A stretch of DNA of 62,833 bases, the filler included, from Hausera hauseri (Eukaryota), in NCBI GenBank assembly GCA_046269625.1. It is 10 parts of 10 records of this genome, joined end to end, with 100 filler letters (N's around TTAATTAATTAA, not from the genome) between each part and the next. Parts side by side here need not be neighbours in the genome. Positions count along the whole stretch, not along the records: positions 47,478 to 54,463 come from JBJURY010046442.1; positions 54,564 to 58,712 come from JBJURY010734322.1; positions 58,813 to 62,833 come from JBJURY010814421.1; 7 more parts are not named here. One strand, 5' to 3'. Below the pieces are notes generated by a model. It was not told the origin of the DNA. It saw only the letters and a list, made by a program, of their open reading frames with translations, and made no database searches. Shown here one piece after another: positions 48,412 to 61,079 of this stretch. The position numbers and the translations under genes were made by a program. The first letter of the stretch is position 1; each line of letters opens with the position of its first letter.

Positions 48412-49900
48412 ATGTCAGAAATTGAAGGTAAATGGGATGAATGTTATGGGATATATGAAATTGATTGGACTCCAAAAACATGTGGTCAGTTTTATTTGGT
48501 CATGTCTATTGATCATTTGGTGATGAAAACTGCTTCATCGTCAGCGAATTATACCGTTGCCTTTGAAGTTCTGAAGAATCGAGGAAAATATTCACATGAA
48601 GACAAAACAAAAAGAAAGTTAGATTTACTAAATTCATTTTTAGGTCACACGAACATATTAACATCAAAAGAACCAGATTCGTCCAAGTTGATATCACCAA
48701 ACAATGACGAAATTCAACTGCGAAAACCGAAGCGAATCAAGAACATGTTATTTATGATTCCATATTTCGAACGATACCAAACCGAACAAGAATTCGTGAT
48801 TCCGGATAGGTCGAAAAATTCATCGAATCTGTATATTGAATTGTGGCCTCTTCATAATTTTCTGTACGTGAGACAAAAACGAGTATCAATCAAGAAGTGA
48901 CTGCTTGACTTGCATACCTCTTTTCAAAGCCCAAATATCATCGAAGAATTTTACCGAGTTGAATTTTCCGAGTTCATCGACATTTCCATCGTTTGCCATG
49001 AGACAACATTTCAGACTTTCTAAAACTATCCAACAATGCAGCACGGAGATATTTGACCGGAGTATCGTAAAATCTCAAAAGTGGATGAACGAAGCTAAAA
49101 AATTGGGACTGTTGGAAATGAGATTTTTTTGAGTGGTCAGTATTTGAACGAACTGAAACTGACTGTTCACATAAGTCTCAGAGTAAAGATAATCGTGAAC
49201 TATTGTTATCAGACTTATTTGTGGCTGCTTGACTCTGAAATACACCAGTAGCCGCATATTTTTGGGTGGTGTCTGTATAGTATACTGTATAACACTCACT
49301 ATTCACCTAGATGCATGAATAAGGAGGACAAACCGATTGAAGGTAATCGATCGGAAATTGGTTTCAAACATTTATGGAGAGTAGGCATTACGATGTTCCA
49401 TAAATTATTCGACCATATAATTCATCAAGAAGAACTCAATGGCATATACGTGTCGAGTATGAAGTCTCTTGAAACTATGGAAGACGTGGAAAATGAAAAC
49501 AGAAGTTAGCATGACTTCCTATTCAATATTGGGTTTTACAAAGGCTTTAAATGCGAAACCTTATCATCAAGACTCAGTGATCTACAACGACGAGTACTTT
49601 TATATATTATCATTCATTTTAACAAGGAAGTTGCAAATATGCTCCTCCAATTGAAAGACAATTCTGCACAAATCCACGAAGACCTCATTCAAGAATCGCT
49701 TTCGGATCCTTCGTTATACAATTCATCATGTTGTTCTTGCTGTTTCCGACTTCTCGATCAGATTTTGGCTCTTTCTGAAGCACAAGCTGGATTAAGGTAT
49801 CTCATTCATGAGTTCAAGTTAATCAAGGATTTGTTTATTCTTTTATTTATTGGATCTGAGAATATTAAATGGAATATTCACAATTTATTAGCAGTTGGTT
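48412..49900 (+). pseudogene. MYCBP2: MYCBP2/Highwire (PHR E3 ligase) fragments, internally deleted
   Basis: Filamin-like GIYEIDWTPKTCGQFYLVMSID, and CFRLLDQILALSEAQAGLRYLIHEFKLIKDLFILL (cf. CFELLSMVLALSGSNVGRQYLAQQLTLLQDLFSLL). Confidence 0.6.
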
Positions 49901-50119
49901 CCACAGAAAGAAAATCAAATAATAAAACATCACAAAATAGCGCCCTATGTGATTCGCAACTGACAGTCGTGCCACTTCAATACCAAAAAGTCAAATACCA
50001 ATAAAAATCTTTTTACTAATCATATTTTATATCGTCAATTTATATGCAGTAATATTAACTACCAATCAACGTTGCGTGTCGATGACTACAATTATGTCAT
50101 TTTTCTCTTTTAAAACTTG

Positions 50120-50700
50120 ACCGTGTTTGACTGGGACGGGAGAGAGCCATATGTCCATATTTCTGACATGTGAAACATAACGGTTGTCCATCTTGATTGA
50201 CCGGTGGCTTTTTCATAGCCGATTTCTGAGACTGGTTCTGTCATGTTACATTCTTTTGTTGTAGCTGAGGTGGATTTTGATAGTTTTTGAACGGTTTCTG
50301 AAAATTTATCTTTTGTTGAAAATTTTTCGGCTTTTTATCAACACTTTTCGGATGCTTTTTAACATTCTACAATCTTTCATAATTAACCTCAATTTTCCTG
50401 GCTTTACTGACAGGTTCCTTGTCTGTGTCAGTTTTGAATTTCTTTAGTAACTCCGTAGCAGAACTGAGCTAAAAGGGTGCCTCCTATGATATCTGCATCT
50501 GTATATGCCAATTTCTTAAGGCCATATGTATACTCTTACACGGTTTTGCTTTTCCTCTGATGTTTCCTATTGAATTTTCCAATTCGACCGTTTCCTGACG
50601 GGTTTGCTAAGAGCCTTTCCTCAAGAGCGTCCTTAAGACTAGCCTAATCAGCTTTATTATCATTTGTAACTTACTTTAATATATAGGGGAAGAAGTTTTA
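50120..50700 (-). mobile_element. LTR retrotransposon gag remnant
   Basis: Minus strand LCFTCQKYGHMALSRP (mutated CCHC knuckle) after gag-like charged sequence. Confidence 0.6.
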
Positions 50701-50804
50701 TCCTAATCTCGTCTGTCCAACCGAAGCGAAAAGAGTAAAATATATATTTATATATATACATATGAAATAGTATATAAATATACATCTAAAATTTGTCGCA
50801 TTGT

Positions 50805-51090
50805 CTTTTGTCGACCTAATGAATATACATCTAATATTTCACTAATCTTTTGTCAACCTAATAAATTTCCATCTAATATTTGAGTAATTGTGATTTGTTG
50901 ATAATTTGTCGACATAATAAATATCTATATAATATTTGAGTAATTGTCTTGTTAATGTTTTGTCCACCTAATTGTCTTGATGTTTTGTCCACTTAATAAA
51001 TATCCATATAATATTTGATTAGTTGTGTTTTGTTGATGTTTTGTCCAACTAATAATTATTTAACTAATTGTCTTGATGTTTTGTCGTAGT
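50805..51090. repeat. Degenerate minisatellite (TTTTGTCxACxTAAT...TAATATTT units)
   Basis: About 6-7 recurrences of ttttgtc[gac]ac[ca]taat with variable spacers. Confidence 0.75.
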
Positions 51091-51953
51091 GTAAATTTGA
51101 CAAATTATTTAGTTGTGACATTTTATTAAGTGACAATGGTATTAACTTTGCGAAATTTAAACAAAAAGGTGGTGGGAATAATGAAACCACGACTGCACCA
51201 ATTTTTCCACCCAATAAAATTAGAAATGACTCAATAAATATTCTGTACCAGTAAAATTATGCAAATTTATAATGTAAACTGTAACACTGGATCCATTATT
51301 TCATTGGACAATATTATTTTGACTACGTTCTGTTGGTACTCGCACTTAAACGAACATCATCATTGAGTAACCGCGTTTATCTGAAAAGAAACAAAAATTT
51401 GCAGCATCATTCTCATTGAAAATAAATTTTTATCTTTCATTCTTTTGTGATTCACAGAGAGACATGATGAGATTCTATAATTTTTCTTATGTGTTAATTA
51501 CCCAAATGAAACGGATGTCATCCGACTTAGACATTCAAGTTGTTTGATCATGATGATAAAATGCATTATAAAATGAGTTAATGAATAATCGATAAATTTA
51601 TAACAATTTTTTAAATTGATCTAATGATAGTATGTAGGCATTGTATTCATAGAAACTTTTTAATTCATTTATAAATCCCCTTCCACATACCATACTTCAT
51701 GAAAAAATTGTTGGCCTCATTCTAAACACAGTATCATATATTCATTCTTTCAATAAAAGGTGCTCAAAATTTAAAACAGCAGTTCTCAGCAATGTTACAA
51801 ATGCTCAGAAAGATTCATCAAGACCGTTTCTATTTTTGCTGAATTGTAATGAAGTGCTGTTCATTTAAACAGAAATGTTATGTTAAAGGGTTGTCATTGT
51901 GTCATCATCAGTTCCACTAGTAAAACAATCATCTTATTTTAATTCGCTGACAG

Positions 51954-52174
51954 GTTGGTGTGGCCAGCACCCAGAACCCAAAACTTCAGGGTAAACCTTA
52001 CTACATTAAGGACAAAGGTATTCTCAGTATTCTAGATCCATATCTGAGCATCACTCACAGAGACCACCACATGTTTACCCCATCTGAATTAAAATCTTAT
52101 GCAAAGAAAGATATTCCATCCATGGCTGAGTGTGAGAATTATACAAAAGCCTGGGGTCATGGCCTTCACCACAA
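51954..52174 (+). CDS. Internal coding exon of an unidentified metazoan protein
   Basis: CAG acceptor, GTAAGT donor, open frame VGVASTQNP...YYIKDKGIL...DPYLS...YAKKDI...KAWGHG. Confidence 0.6.
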
Positions 52175-52859
52175 GTAAGTGCAGATTGTTGTTTTTCTTA
52201 CATGATTTGTTCCATTGTTATTTAATGGTATTTTTTGTAACCTCAGTCAGTAGCTGTTTGCAGTTGGTTGAAAGATTACAGAAAAAGAAACTGTTAGCAG
52301 ACATGTGATGTGGTTCATGTGTAGCACCGAGTTCAAACATTAAAAGCTAGGCCTATCGTTGTGGCTCAGCGACATAAACCACAATACCAGTGGATACTTT
52401 TGTGAGGCTATCTGAAATCGCTAAAGAAAACAAGTATTCACTGACGCACATTCAACGAATGAACTTACTTGTAGCCCTTCTTGGTCCCGAGGAATCTGAT
52501 GTGCTGGGAGAACTTTGTGCTTGAGAACTAGAACTCAATGCTAAACGCAGGGAGGAGAGCATGCGTTCAAGAAAATGTCATGTATTTAATTTATAACATG
52601 TAAAAATATGATAAACTTACAGCCATCTATTTCATCCAATCTGTTGGCAGCCTCTCTTAAAAGATGGGACACAGAACGGTGCGATGAACATGCCATTGTT
52701 TCTTTCCTCACATCCACACATGAAACATCGAGTTCAGCTCAGTCAGCGCGCATGGATTTACTAATAGCGCGTACTTCTTCTTGTTCTTGTGGATTGACGG
52801 TTGTCAAAAAACTGAAGGTGTGCATTACTGCCACCTACTTATTAAAGCTAAATCAGATT

Positions 52860-52930
52860 TTGCAGCAGCTGTTAGCTGTAACCAATCAGCTCCAATCAGC
52901 TGCAGCTGCTGTGAGGAGGATTTAAAGCAG
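52860..52930 (+). promoter_or_regulatory. Promoter of the teleost gene: two CCAAT boxes, CAGCTG E-boxes, TTTAAA TATA-like box
   Basis: CAGCTG...ACCAATCAGCTCCAATCAGCTGCAGCTG...GATTTAAAG about 85-140 bp upstream of the ATG. Confidence 0.55.
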
Positions 52931-53006
52931 CTCCTGCAGGTTGCAGTCAGTGTCAGCAGCTCTGAGCTTTGTGTTGGTGCAGTCTGTCAGTGTTCCCTGC
53001 AGCAGG

Positions 53007-53689
53007 ATGAGGTGAGCCACTTCCAGTCTCTAACAGTGTTTCTACATGTTCTAACATCAGATGATCCATGTTGACCTTCTGCTCTGAATGTTCCTGCAGG
53101 ATGTTGTGGATTTCTTTCCTGCTGATTGGAAGCGTCATCTGCTTTCCTCAACAACAACAAGGTGAGTGTAAACAGGAAGTGATGTGAGCAGGTTGTAGCT
53201 GATGCTGACTGTAGATGTTTGTCCTCAGCCAGTGGAGGTGGGCAGCCCTGGTGGTGGTCTGTTTCATCTTCTGGACATGATCCCTCCAAGCCGAGTGATG
53301 AGAGAGCTGCAGGCCAGTCTGGTGGTTCTGGCAGCTACAGCAGCTATCCAGGACTGTACTACAGCGGTACCAACACTGGTTCTTATGGGGTCCAACAGAG
53401 TGGCCCTCAGGACAGTCAGCAAGGGGCTCCAGGCAGCAGTGGTCCTTACCAGTCTACAGAGGAGAGCTGGAGCTCCTCCTCAGATACCAGCGGTGAGGAC
53501 GAGCCGGTCTTCACTCCAGTAGAGGACGAGGATCAGGTCTACGCTTTCAAGTCTCGCTCGCGCTACAACCGCAAGCGCCTGTCATTCAGTCAGTTCCGCT
53601 ACACCCCAACAGAACCACGTTTCTCTGGGGATCCAGGATTCCCTGAACCAAGACCTCAACCACAAGATCCAATCAGGGGAAAGTACTGA
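53007..53689 (+). CDS. Teleost-type secreted Ser/Gly/Pro-rich protein; exons 53007-53011, 53100-53161, 53229-53689
   Basis: Canonical splice sites give MRMLWISFLLIGSVICFP (signal peptide)...DEPVFTPV...VYAFKSRSRYNRKR..FSQFRYTP.EP; AATAAA near 53726. Confidence 0.8.
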
Positions 53690-54463
53690 GGATCCATCAG
53701 TCTGTTGCTGCTGACTCTGATGCATAATAAAGGACTTCTCTGCTTGTAAATGAGGTTTAATTTTTTTTTTTTCCGTCTAGGTGTGACTGCTACTCAAGTA
53801 TTTATATTGTTTATACTTTGTGCTGCAAACTTCTCTCAAGGAGGACTGCAGTCTCATTGTTTGCAGATTGTCATTACTCGTCTCTAAGGTGTTATGTTTG
53901 ACTTGGTGTTTTCCCTCAAACTGTAATTGGAAAATTCTCCATGGCACATGCTGAACAAAATTTAGTGCTGTTCAAGTGAGCGTAATGTCACTCATGGCTA
54001 AGGCCTTTTAAGCCACTTATTTAAGATTGGACTATTTATGGCCAACCCTCTGCATCCACATACAAATGGCGTGGGTAAGGGAATGGCACCTTTTCTGTGA
54101 AAGGCCCTACACCCATCACCTCCAGTCTGGGCTCTGCTTAAAACATGTGGAAGCTTTAAAGATTAATATGCAAACATATTTTCAGTATTTGGTTTATCGC
54201 AGGAGATGTGGCTAAAACTCATGGAAATTAAACAATCTTGAACCTCACTCTAGGTGGCAGTAATTAGTTTGCCAAATGCCATTAAAGGGATCCCTGATTA
54301 GTTGTAACAGACTTTATTTGATAAACATTTAACTGTAAAATAGACTGTAAAAATATTGTAGGTTTTTTAGTTTTGTAAATTTTTAAAAATATTAACACGG
54401 ACAGAGCAATTTTATTTACATGCAAAGCATTCTGGGTAAATGATGACGTGGGTAGGTCATCGG

Positions 54464-54563
54464 NNNNNNNNNNNNNNNNNNNNNNNNNNNNNNNNNNNNN
54501 NNNNNNNTTAATTAATTAANNNNNNNNNNNNNNNNNNNNNNNNNNNNNNNNNNNNNNNNNNNN
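54464..54563. other. Artificial contig spacer
   Basis: N44-TTAATTAATTAA-N44. Confidence 0.99.
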
Positions 54564-54693
54564 TTATAATTAATACATTTTTATATGTTTTTAGTTTAAC
54601 ATTTACTTTAGTTTGTTTATCATTCAGAAATATTCGCAATATCTCATGTATTGCGTCTTCCTCATACATGAGGGTGGACAATGACACAAGCAA

Positions 54694-55125
54694 ATGGCCA
54701 ATTATTATTCAGTGACCAAGGACACGTACCTGTGTCCCTTGGGTTTTATTCAAAACACGTGCCCGTATGCCGACTTCTATAAGATGCGCAAGCATCATCT
54801 CGGTCCGTTCACGCGGTCCAAGAAGATGATGCATGTGCATTGCCCCACATACCCACGTTACTGTACCTGTAAGGCGCATGACGTTGATGGTTGCCATAGT
54901 GCACTAAAGCAATACTATGGTAAAACAACAACAACAAGCACAACGATGCACGGTAAACGGGCCTATGTATGTCCGGGTTGTTCTATAGTTGAAACGCAAG
55001 TCAACTATGAACAATTCTACAACAACAATATGGACCACTTGAACCAGTTTCAGAGGTCCAAAAAGGAAGTATTAATGGACGCAGAAAGAAGCAGCAGCAG
55101 CTGCAGCAGGAAACGTCAAGCATAA
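54694..55125 (+). CDS. Cys/His-rich hypothetical protein upstream of the Polinton polymerase
   Basis: 143-aa ATG ORF with Cys/His clusters; base composition resembles the downstream pPolB. Confidence 0.45.
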   Translation: MANYYSVTKDTYLCPLGFIQNTCPYADFYKMRKHHLGPFTRSKKMMHVHCPTYPRYCTCKAHDVDGCHSALKQYYGKTTTTSTTMHGKRAYVCPGCSIVETQVNYEQFYNNNMDHLNQFQRSKKEVLMDAERSSSSCSRKRQA

Positions 55126-55289
55126 GCAGGCCTTGACTAATACTTTCAAAACGACAAAAGTCATAAACAGCAACAGCAGCAGCAGCAGCAGCAGGAACGT
55201 GAACCGCCCATTACTGTCGAGTACGACATAAACAGATCGGACCTGGACGTGAAGGTGGACATGTCGGCGAAAACAGCAACGCAACTAAA

Positions 55290-58200
55290 GTATATACCCG
55301 CTCATGTGCGTAACCGGTTGAAATCAGAGGTGGCCAAATTCCGACAATACCACTGCAAAGTGCAATATTACGCATTTGCAGAATTTGAAAATCTGCAGGG
55401 TGACAGGAAACAATGGTACCTGTAACATCCAGTCTTACCATACTCTGCGGATTTTATTGCCGACGTAGGCGAAAAGCTTGATGAAAAAATCTCCAACTAC
55501 GCCGAAAAGGGCAATGGTTGGAAAATTGTAAAGATTGTCACGCGCAGCTTTATTCTAACCAAGATGAGTGACATGATTTACCTGTCCGGACGTTCATTCA
55601 AACCGACACCTGCATCCTTGAAGCAGTATCTGGCGGTAGAGATTGTACGAAATACAAACGACGAATACGGCTTTATTTACAGCATTCTGGCCATATTGAA
55701 ATATGATCAAGTGTCCAGATATCATGCAAATTGTCCAAAGCAGTACAGTAAGTATTTCTCAGAATTGGACTACGACCAGTGTTTGATGCCCATGAAACTC
55801 AAAACCATTCCGGCTTTTGAACGGCATAATCTGACACTGGCAATCAACATGTTCCGGTACAACACAATCGTAGAAATACCAGCAGACGAAGAGATATACA
55901 AAACCCACACGTGGATAAAATTTATCGCAATCGGAACCCGAATGGACGCTCGGTAAATTTGTTGCTGTAGGAGCAAGCAGATAAATTTTACTACGTGGCA
56001 GTAACCAATTTGGACAGACTGCTGAACATGGATCACCACCAATTCATCAAAAGGCGTATGAATTGTAAATAGTGCACCACATGTCTGCATGGTTTCAGGT
56101 CAGAAACGACATGGGAAAAACATGTGGCGCTGTGCAGACAAAATTCATCAGGGACAACAATGTACGTCATGCCAGTTAAAAAGGAGCTGAGATTCAGTGA
56201 CTGATCGAAAACAGACAGTCCGACGTATGCGGTATATGCCGGTATCGAGGCAATTCTACCGCGGCACAACGTATACGAACAAAAGCACATTCCAACTGCC
56301 GTCGGTATGTTGTTTGTTCCAATAAAAGCCGCCGGACAACGGCAATATTACGTTTTTCATGGCTGGAACTGTATACGCGATTTCCTGCAACAGTTGGAAA
56401 CGATAGTGTAAACGGAAATCGCATAGTGGTACAGTAACGATAGCACTAAGCCCTTGATATGGACAGACGAGTATGAAACGCTGTTTTTCGATGCCACCGA
56501 TAAATGTTACTTCTGCCACAAATTTTGCCTTTGATGCACAGGAACGGCACGTACCGGACCATGATCATTTCACCGGTCTATACCTGGGAGCAGCATGCAA
56601 CGCATGCAATTTAACAAGGCATGTGCGGCAATTTCTACCGGTGATCTTTCATAATTTCCGAGGTTATGATTGTCACCATATACTGAAATGGGCCATCAAC
56701 AGATTTCCGTACTGAGAACTGTCCATAATCCCATCAACAATGGAGAAGTACCTGTCCCCGTCAGCACGCATAAACTGGTTCCAGGTATGCTACCTTGATT
56801 CATTGCAATTTCTCAATGAATCACTAGCGAAGCTGGTAAATGCCGTACCGGATGTGCCGATAACCTCAACGCAGTTCCCCACATATTGCAAGCAGCAAAG
56901 GCATATTTCCATATGACTTTGTAACATCATATGAGCGACTCCGCACAGCAGAGAAATTACCGCCGCGATGGACAGGCATCACAGAACTTGAATATCAGAG
57001 AGTACAAGAAACTTGGACAGAACTCGGCTATAGAAACATGTTGGATTACATGCTCCAGTATCTTAAACTGGGCGTGTGCTTATTGACCAATGTGTTCCAG
57101 GCGTTTCGAGCAAAAGCGTTGGTGGAAGATAGGCTGGAGACACTCAACTTTTACTCAATACCCGGAATGAGTTGGGCATCAGCTCTGATGTCGCTGGATC
57201 GGGATATCGAGCTATTGCAAGACGATGAAATGTACCGAAAGTTTGATGTTGGTATTAGTGGCGGCATGACATATGTCAACAAACATCACGTAACCAGTGA
57301 TGATACCACATCACTGTTGTATATCGACATTAATAACCTGTACGGCTGGGCGCTTTCATAACCCTTGCCGCACGGTTCATTCGAATGGGTAGTCGACAAA
57401 CAGGACCTGGACACAATATTGGAAAATGTGTCAAGAGCAGACACGACAACAGCAGAAAACAGCTCAATCGGATACCTGATGGAGGTCGATCTCGTGGTAC
57501 CAGATGAGCTGCATGACTTTTTGGATGAACTGCCAGTCGGACCAATTAGCCAATGTCCACCGGGCTCGAAGGTGAAGAAGCTGCTTATGATGCATGAACC
57601 CAATCAAAATTACATAGTTCATTGGCGTCTGTTACAATTTCACATGCCGTTGGGTGTACGCGTCACACAGCTGCATCGTACAATCCGATTTGCTCAGGCG
57701 GCCGTATTCAAGGCGTACATAGATGGAAATTCGGAAAAACGAGCCGCAGTTTCTACAAAGTTCGAAAAGGACTATTACAAACTGAAAAACAATTCTCTGT
57801 ACAGAAAAACAGTGGAGAATCTGAAAAAGCGGCTCAATGTACGCCTATGCAATGGCGAAAAGCGGTAGGTCACGTACTCGAATAAGGCGCAGTTTCGGCG
57901 GTCAATGCACATTGTCGATGGATTGGTTGCGGTGCTTTTAAATAGAGAAGTCGTTCTGGACCGGCCAAGTTACATCGGACAAGTGGTATTGGACCTGAGC
58001 AAGTTGCGGGTGTATGAGCTGCAGTATCGCGATTTGGCACTTTACCGGCAAATGTTCGGTGGCGGCAGCAGGATCACTATAATTGCCGGTGACACAGATA
58101 GTTTTTTCTTGTAACTGGAAATCGTCATTCGCGAACAACCTTTGCAGAAAATAATGGCAGACGGATTACTGAACACGTCCAATTACCCAGAGAATTATCC

Positions 58201-58570
58201 ATTGAACAGCAGTGCCATCACAAACAAAATTGGCTACTTCAAGGATGAAAGTAAAGGTCGGGTTCAGCATCGGGAATGAATATTTTTAAGGCGAAAATGT
58301 TAGTCTTTTAACTGACTGTGGACCGAAAATGCGCGCCAAAGGAGTTCAGTTGGCCCAAACAGAAATAAATCACGGTGATTATCGCCGTGTCTATGAAGGA
58401 GGGCAATCAATAGCTGCTGTATCTCAAACGATCATCCGATCGATTGAGCACCAGCTATATACGGTGACCAATACAAAAGTCGCTTTATAATGCAATGATG
58501 ATAAGCGTAAGTGGGTGGGGTGGAATAAGAGTTGTGCATACAGACATTGGCGTTTGGAGTAAAACACGCA
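55290..58570 (+). pseudogene. Polinton/adintovirus protein-primed DNA polymerase B with Zn-finger/EndoVII-like N-terminal region
   Basis: DHDHFTG..LGAACNACNL, VIFHNFRGYD, DSLQFL, KGIFPYD, YIDINNLYGWALS, YKLKNNSLY, GDTDSF, GYFKDE, AKGV, DDKR; many stops and frameshifts. Confidence 0.95.
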
Positions 58571-58712
58571 TGAATTCGGTGCTAATCGTACAGACAGATT
58601 ATATTACTGTGACAATTCATTGTGATCTGTTTGTTTTGTATAAATGTATATTGTGCGTTGTTCTTGCCTTTTGTTTTATTATCATTTAATTTATCTATTT
58701 AACTTAATGTGA

Positions 58713-58812
58713 NNNNNNNNNNNNNNNNNNNNNNNNNNNNNNNNNNNNNNNNNNNNTTAATTAATTAANNNNNNNNNNNNNNNNNNNNNNNNNNNNNNNN
58801 NNNNNNNNNNNN
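58713..58812. other. Artificial contig spacer
   Basis: N44-TTAATTAATTAA-N44. Confidence 0.99.
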
Positions 58813-59824
58813 CCTGTCAGCTGCTGTGTCCAGTGACATGACCTATGCCACACTTATATATTTAATCACTTCCTGCTGGACTGAGTTAAAATGGACCTCT
58901 ACATTTCTCATGTGTATTTTCCTGTCATCAGTAAATAATAGAAATACATTTTGACTGTCTGCAGGTGGAGATCTCTAACACGGCTTCATCCTTGTTGTCC
59001 TCCTCCTCTTCATCCTCGTCATCCTCAGGAGATAAGAAGGGCAAAGGTCGAACAGGCTGGCCGCAGCATGTCTGGGCTCTGGAACTCAAACAGTAGCCCC
59101 CCCCCCCTCACCCCCATTATGTCCATGACAAATTCTGTTCCCTTCTTACACCACAACACTTCTTTCCTAATTTCCAAAAATGTCGCATTAATGATATCAT
59201 TTCTAGTGTGTTATTGTGACAAAACAACATATGATGAAGGAACAGGTAGAGGAATTGGCTGGTATTGCTTTATTATAAACAATTCTTACATCCACAGATA
59301 TAGCTGATTCACACTGATTTATTTCATAGATATTTGTTATCTGACTTGCTGCAAGAGGATGAAAAAAACTCCTACTCTTGAAGTTCAGCATGAACACATA
59401 TGTAATGATATTTTTGTCAATGTATGTGTTAGAAGTAGTCCAGGCTGACAGACGTTCCTTTAGAAGAATAATACAAAATCATACGCTGATAACACATTTA
59501 AGTTTCAAGTAGGAATTATTGTCACTGCACTCCTGGCAGACCCATAGGTTCTCAGATCTCCTCCTCAGAATTTCCCTCAGTGTCCATCAACTGAAAATTT
59601 CAGTTCGGTTTTGGTTCGAGATCCTTCTGGTGTTTTCTATGTATTCCTCAGCCTTTGAGGTTCCATGCTTGACGCCGTCGATACTGATTTTAATACCTTA
59701 TTTAATATTATTACTATTTAAAACCCTGTGGTCGTTAACTCACATGCAATTTTTTATTCATACAAAACATACTATTTTCCGTAAAGTTGCCTTTCAGAAT
59801 TATTTATAAGCATAAGACACTTAC

Positions 59825-61070
59825 CTAGAAATGACAGCTGAGAGCAGGTGCAAACAATTCCATTCCCTTCAAGTTTCAGCATAAAATACCCAACGTTTGC
59901 CACGTGATTATCTATAGCTGTCATCTCCTCATCTGTGAGACTTAAGACTGCATTCTGAGTAAGATCCAGAACCTCTAATTTCGGAGTGGATTGGATGTCA
60001 AAAGGAATTTCTGAAAATCTATTTCTTGAGAGCACCAAAAACTGTAAATTTGGAGTTGATTCGAAAGTGTCCGTAACTAGTGAGTTTAGTTCATTATTTG
60101 AAATGTTGAAATGTCGAAGATTTGTCATGTTACTTAATAACCGTTTACAAGAAATTTGCTTAAAGAAATCGTCTGGTTTAACGGCACTGAGGATGAGCTT
60201 CTCCAATCGTGGGAAATAATCCCAAAACGTGTCGCCAACTTTCACTAAAGAATTGGTCAAATCCACACTTCGTAAGTTGCACAAGCCTATCAATGGTTTT
60301 GGACCAGAAAAAAGCATTGGCATATTACGTGCGGAAAATTCTTCTAGTATCTCACCATTTGTAACAAGAATAGTTCTACTCATGCTGAGGAAATTGTGAT
60401 AGTTGAAATTGTCTAATTTTATGGATATTAATTTCGGTGGAAGACGAATTGATATCACTTCTTCTTTCTGAGAAATTGCGTAGCTGCACTTATTTACTGC
60501 TTTCTCAGTTGATAAATCAGAAAGAGAAATCATAAAATTATTTCTATTCTCGAAATCACTGGTATTTCTATAATTTTGTGGTTTATAGATTTGTTTAGTA
60601 ATGTCTACATCTGCGATATTATTGTTGTCTTTTGCTTCCTCTTCATTCAATCCTTTAACTGGTAAGTTGTCACTAGTTACTTTCACTGGAAAATCAGAGA
60701 CACGAAGCGTCTTGTCCGTAGTAGGCTGTTCTGGAGGACCAAAAGGCCGCAAAGCTACAATTCTCTCTAAATGAGGAAAACGTACTGCCGAGTAAGTAAA
60801 GCTCTCCCATCCTAAAATATCTAAGGGATTCGATGAAAAATCTACCGTTCTCAGACACCGCTTAATAGTCGGTGTTACAATAGCTATAGGATGAATCGCA
60901 TATAATTTGCTATGACGCCATGAAAAGTTGACAATGCAGATTTTACCTAAATATTCAGTTGCATTTCTATATATAATCCCGTCAACAAATATCTCGACTG
61001 GAGACCTGTAGTGGAAAGCATAATTGACAAATAAGGTGATCCAACTGGATTTTGTGCAATAATTACACAA
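59825..61070 (-). CDS. Leucine-rich-repeat receptor ectodomain exon (invertebrate Toll-like receptor type)
   Basis: Tandem LxxLxLxxN repeats and LRR-CT start (GNGIVCTCSQLSFL), then GTAAGT donor at 59824. Confidence 0.75.
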
Positions 61071-61079
61071 TATTCATTC

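Noticed and set aside
12081-58812. Recurring TTAATTAATTAA as a biological repeat or CRISPR-like array
   Set aside because: Always centred in exactly 44+44 Ns; it is a synthetic joiner. ORFs ending in X...LIN are artefacts of it.
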